Assembly: GCA_965246715.1 (NCBI GenBank)
Contig: CBDFFH010000039.1
Span: forward strand, 83,754-147,753
DNA from: Chamaesiphon sp.
GTDB taxonomy: Bacteria > Cyanobacteriota > Cyanobacteriia > Cyanobacteriales > Chamaesiphonaceae
DNA: 64,000 nucleotides
Reading direction: 5' to 3'
Under the pieces are notes generated by a model that worked only from the letters and a program-made list of their open reading frames with translations, made no database searches and had not been told where the DNA came from. Numbering within the stretch: the first letter of the stretch is position 1; each line of letters starts with the position of its first letter. Below, one piece after another: positions 61,325-64,000 of the stretch. The position numbers and the translations under genes are program-made.

Positions 61325-61411
61325 CAGAGAGGAGAGGATTCGAACCTCCGTTGGGTATAAGCCCAAAGCTGATTTCGAGTCAGCCACCATCAACCACTCG
61401 GACACCTCTCC
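61325..61411 (-). tRNA. tRNA-Ser(CGA)
   Basis: GGAGAGGTGTCCGAGTGG...GCTGA-CTCGAAA-TCAGC anticodon arm, long variable arm and GGTTCGAATCC; CCA is not encoded. Confidence 0.96.
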
Positions 61412-61507
61412 AGGTATGCCAATTTTCAAATTGTACACCAATTTCGATCGAAATGGCACATCAAATATTAGTTATTTTAATAGCCGTAAACCATTAATTC
61501 CTGATTT

Positions 61508-61900
61508 TTAGCTATTTTTCATGCGTTTGAGTTCTTCTTGCAGCGCTTCTACCTGCTTTCGCATGTCGCTGATATTTTCAGTCGAGCCAGATGGTTTGGT
61601 AGCTTCTTCGCCTTCTGAAACGATTTCGATCCGGCGGGGTTCGCGATCTTTCATCGGTCGATCGGCAGTAGTACTATCGGATTGGTTGAGGTTGGGTTGT
61701 TGGGCCGATTCAATCATATCGTTGACCATTTTCCGAGCTTCCTCAGTAGTAATCTCGCCCTTGGCGACCATCTCATCGGCAAGCTTCTGTGCTTGTACTC
61801 TCAATCCTGAGATCTTCTCACCAGCCTGTTCGCCAGCAGAAGCGGCCAAACCGACACCAAGGTAAAATGCTTTTTGAACGATATCGCTTAGACCAGCCAT
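61508..61900 (-). CDS. Phasin-like / granule-associated coiled-coil protein
   Basis: QKAFYLGVGLA...LADEMVAKGE...EPRRIEI. Confidence 0.75.
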   Translation of the reverse strand: MAGLSDIVQKAFYLGVGLAASAGEQAGEKISGLRVQAQKLADEMVAKGEITTEEARKMVNDMIESAQQPNLNQSDSTTADRPMKDREPRRIEIVSEGEEATKPSGSTENISDMRKQVEALQEELKRMKNS

Positions 61901-62055
61901 AGTTAACTTCTGAAGTGATTGTATTAGTGTTGTTCGCTCTATCTATTTACTAAGATAAACGACAAAACTAGCGATCGACTATGGGTCTGAGGGTACGGTT
62001 TGCCGATGTGTAACGAAATTCGGCACCGATAGCTTGAGTCTAGAAAAAATTTTAA

Positions 62056-62148
62056 GATCCGGATTCCACGCCTGTCACAAGCATCCCTATTGCTGCTACC
62101 TTCCAGTCCTGACAAGATTTAGGCGTTACAACCGCGCGGGTCCAGATC
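62056..62148 (-). ncRNA. ffs: Signal recognition particle 4.5S RNA (canonical copy)
   Basis: The reverse strand has TCAGG-ACT-GGAA-GGT-AGCAGC domain IV in a long hairpin, an upstream TGCTATGAT extended -10 and a downstream T tract. Confidence 0.93.
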
Positions 62149-62253
62149 GATCTTTATCATAGCATGAATCTTACTGGTTCGATCGTCAACACAATGCTAT
62201 TTTTTACAGTGTGGGTTGGCGTTGCCGTCTATTCGATCTGAGAAAAATTTTAA

Positions 62254-62348
62254 GATTCGGAGTTCGCGCCTGCTGCAAGCATCCTGTGTTGCTGCTAGTT
62301 TCGGCTATCTGACAAGGTTTAGGTGTTACGACCGCACGAGTCCAAATC
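62254..62348 (-). ncRNA. Second, divergent SRP-like RNA (tandem paralogue)
   Basis: Aligns end-to-end with copy 1, with compensatory stem changes; the tip reads TCAGATAGCCGAAACTAGCAGC; it has its own TGCTATATT -10 and T tract. Confidence 0.8.
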
Positions 62349-62376
62349 CGACCTTTAATATAGCATAAATACGATT

Positions 62377-62646
62377 TCAATCACCCAAGACAATGCGCCA
62401 TTCATGCAATTGATAAGTAACGCAATGATGTTTGACCAGGGGATCGGCGGCAACAATTAGTTCCGCTTCAGCTAGCGATGTCGCCTGAAATAACATCATC
62501 CCGCCACCGCGTTCTCCCCAATATCCAGTTTTGGCTTGATGGCCACGATCGATTAAATCTTGGACATAAGCTTTGTGGGCTGGTACGTATCGATCGAATT
62601 CCGGCTTGGGCACGATTCCAGTTTCAATTTTGACAAACCAAGGCAT
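62377..62646 (-). CDS. YciI-family protein
   Basis: MPWFVKIE, VPAHKAY, GGGMMLF and ADPLV. Confidence 0.88.
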   Translation of the reverse strand: MPWFVKIETGIVPKPEFDRYVPAHKAYVQDLIDRGHQAKTGYWGERGGGMMLFQATSLAEAELIVAADPLVKHHCVTYQLHEWRIVLGD

Positions 62647-62692
62647 TCGGGAAAGTTGGGGAGGTGTGATATTTAGTGAGGTGCGGAGATCT

Positions 62693-62860
62693 TACCCACC
62701 CCACCCTAATTCCTACGGAAAGGCTTCGCCAACGGGCACCCCTGTCTTGAAAAGGTGCTCGAAGGGTGGGGAAACCCCAAGACCTAATGGTCTAATGGTC
62801 GGGTACCCGACCAAAAGGCTAGCCGACCAAATGCACTTTTCGCTCCCAGGAGGGGAATTT
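62693..62860. repeat. Compound REP/small-dispersed-repeat cluster
   Basis: Outer CCCACCCC...CTCCCAGGAGGGGA matches the compact repeat near 47769-47800; inner GGCTTCGCCAACG and several hairpins. Confidence 0.5.
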
Positions 62861-62868
62861 TCTAGCCA

Positions 62869-64000
62869 CTAGCCACTAATCATCGACAGTGGGAGGAAAA
62901 TTGTCAAGACTTCGCCTTGTTGGGGGTGTTGGCGGACGATGAGTTTACCGCCGAGGAGTTGGAAGAGATTTTTAGTCACATTCATATTGAGGCTGAGATT
63001 GCCTGTTTCGGGCTGAAATGTGAGCAATTGACCGATAGCGTAAGCGCTGCCTTTGCAGGTCGAGTGGCGTTTATTTGGGGCGGAATGTTCGCATTCGTCG
63101 GTTTCAGGTTGGGATTGGAGTTGGAGCTTCAGTCTGTCACCGACGGGGGTGACTTCGACTTGGATGCGACTGCCAGAAGGAAGATTGCGGGTAAAGTTTT
63201 CGACCAATCCCGTGAGGACTCGATCGAGGATCGTCGGATTGCTGACGACGGCGGGAAGTTTGTGCGGAATATCCACCGCTAAGTCGAGATTGCGACGTTC
63301 GGCTTGTTGTTGCCACTGGGGTAGGCTTTTTTCCAAAAGTTGAGTAATCGACATGGTAGTCAAATCTACTGCTTGAGATGGTTGGGTAGTTGCCAATTCT
63401 ACCGCGCTGAAAATCAGCTCCATCCGATCGATTTGTTCGGTACATTCCCGATCGATCGCACCCAAGCGTTTGAGAACTCGTTGCGATAAATCTGGTTGAC
63501 GCAACAGTAGCCGGGTCATCGTCCGAATGGTCGTCAGTGGCGTGCGAATTTCGTGCGTGAGTGCCTGGAGTAATTCTACATCGGCAGCAAGTTTTGCCGG
63601 GACTTCCGTTGAATTTACTTTCGCGGTGGTGGGTTGTTCGACAGGGGCGATAGTGACTGGTTGGTGGTGGAGCAGATGTTGACCGAATGCCATCACCCAG
63701 CGATAATCGGGAGCGATCGGGCTAAATCTTGCTGCTAATTCATCGATATAAGATAAATGATGCGGGGCAGTCAGCATCAGCCGCCCGCGTAAAGATTTCC
63801 AGGCCATATCCAGATCGTCAGGATCGAAGGAAAACTGACAGCGCAAAGTGCCATTTTCTTCCCCTAACACAACTACCAGACTAAAGTGACTGGTGAGCAC
63901 GAGACAAAAACGTTCGTCAGCGAGGGGATCTGTCGGGAGTAGCTCAATAGGGAAATGATGTGACTGCGAAGCTCGACCGTGGAGGCCAGTAGACTTGCAG
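62869..64000 (-). CDS. Cyanobacterial sensor histidine kinase with a degenerate ATPase domain (Hik34-like); the 5' end lies outside the window
   Basis: THEIRTPLTTIRT H-box, QPETGNLSLN in place of G boxes; the frame stays open to the window edge (…DPLADERFCLVLT). Confidence 0.8.
   Translation of the reverse strand, partial: CKSTGLHGRASQSHHFPIELLPTDPLADERFCLVLTSHFSLVVVLGEENGTLRCQFSFDPDDLDMAWKSLRGRLMLTAPHHLSYIDELAARFSPIAPDYRWVMAFGQHLLHHQPVTIAPVEQPTTAKVNSTEVPAKLAADVELLQALTHEIRTPLTTIRTMTRLLLRQPDLSQRVLKRLGAIDRECTEQIDRMELIFSAVELATTQPSQAVDLTTMSITQLLEKSLPQWQQQAERRNLDLAVDIPHKLPAVVSNPTILDRVLTGLVENFTRNLPSGSRIQVEVTPVGDRLKLQLQSQPETDECEHSAPNKRHSTCKGSAYAIGQLLTFQPETGNLSLNMNVTKNLFQLLGGKLIVRQHPQQGEVLTIFLPLSMISG

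Noticed and set aside
53846..61411. Genomic island integrated at tRNA-Ser, with parA as a plasmid relic
   Set aside because: No integrase and no duplicated tRNA 3' end were seen, and HIP1 density is host-like outside the IS.
61325..61411. G1-U72 wobble in tRNA-Ser as a sign of a pseudo-tRNA
   Set aside because: All arms and conserved loops are intact, so a single terminal wobble is not enough.
62647..62865. RNase P RNA or a riboswitch
   Set aside because: It lacks the GAGGAAAGTCC and other conserved cores, and is explained by compound repeats.

Overview
Chromosomal window from a cyanobacterium. The evidence is psbA, chlH, ctpA, an activase-like AAA+ gene and very dense CGATCG/GCGATCGC HIP1 sites; the composition is reminiscent of Chamaesiphon, but this is not proven. 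Most of the window is housekeeping (pheT, ispG, frr-pyrH, clpB, argS, ftsH, glcF, gatB, tRNA-Ser). Four things stand out. (1) At ~31.07-35.50 kb there is a nested stack of group II introns. An intact RT/HNH-encoding intron sits inside the catalytic domain V of an ORF-deleted host intron. Two further intron 5' halves follow, an IS1 interrupts the host's 5' region, and a deletion fuses the stack to a truncated gene. (2) Two tandem SRP (4.5S) RNA genes are present; the second keeps the stem but has a remodelled Ffh/FtsY-binding tip. (3) An H-NOX / H-NOBA kinase / receiver / receiver-STAS operon suggests NO sensing coupled to partner switching. (4) A mitochondrial-Bcs1-like AAA ATPase is present. 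At least three MITE families, IS1, IS630 and an IS4-like remnant are also visible. All calls come from reading motifs by eye; no database searches were run.
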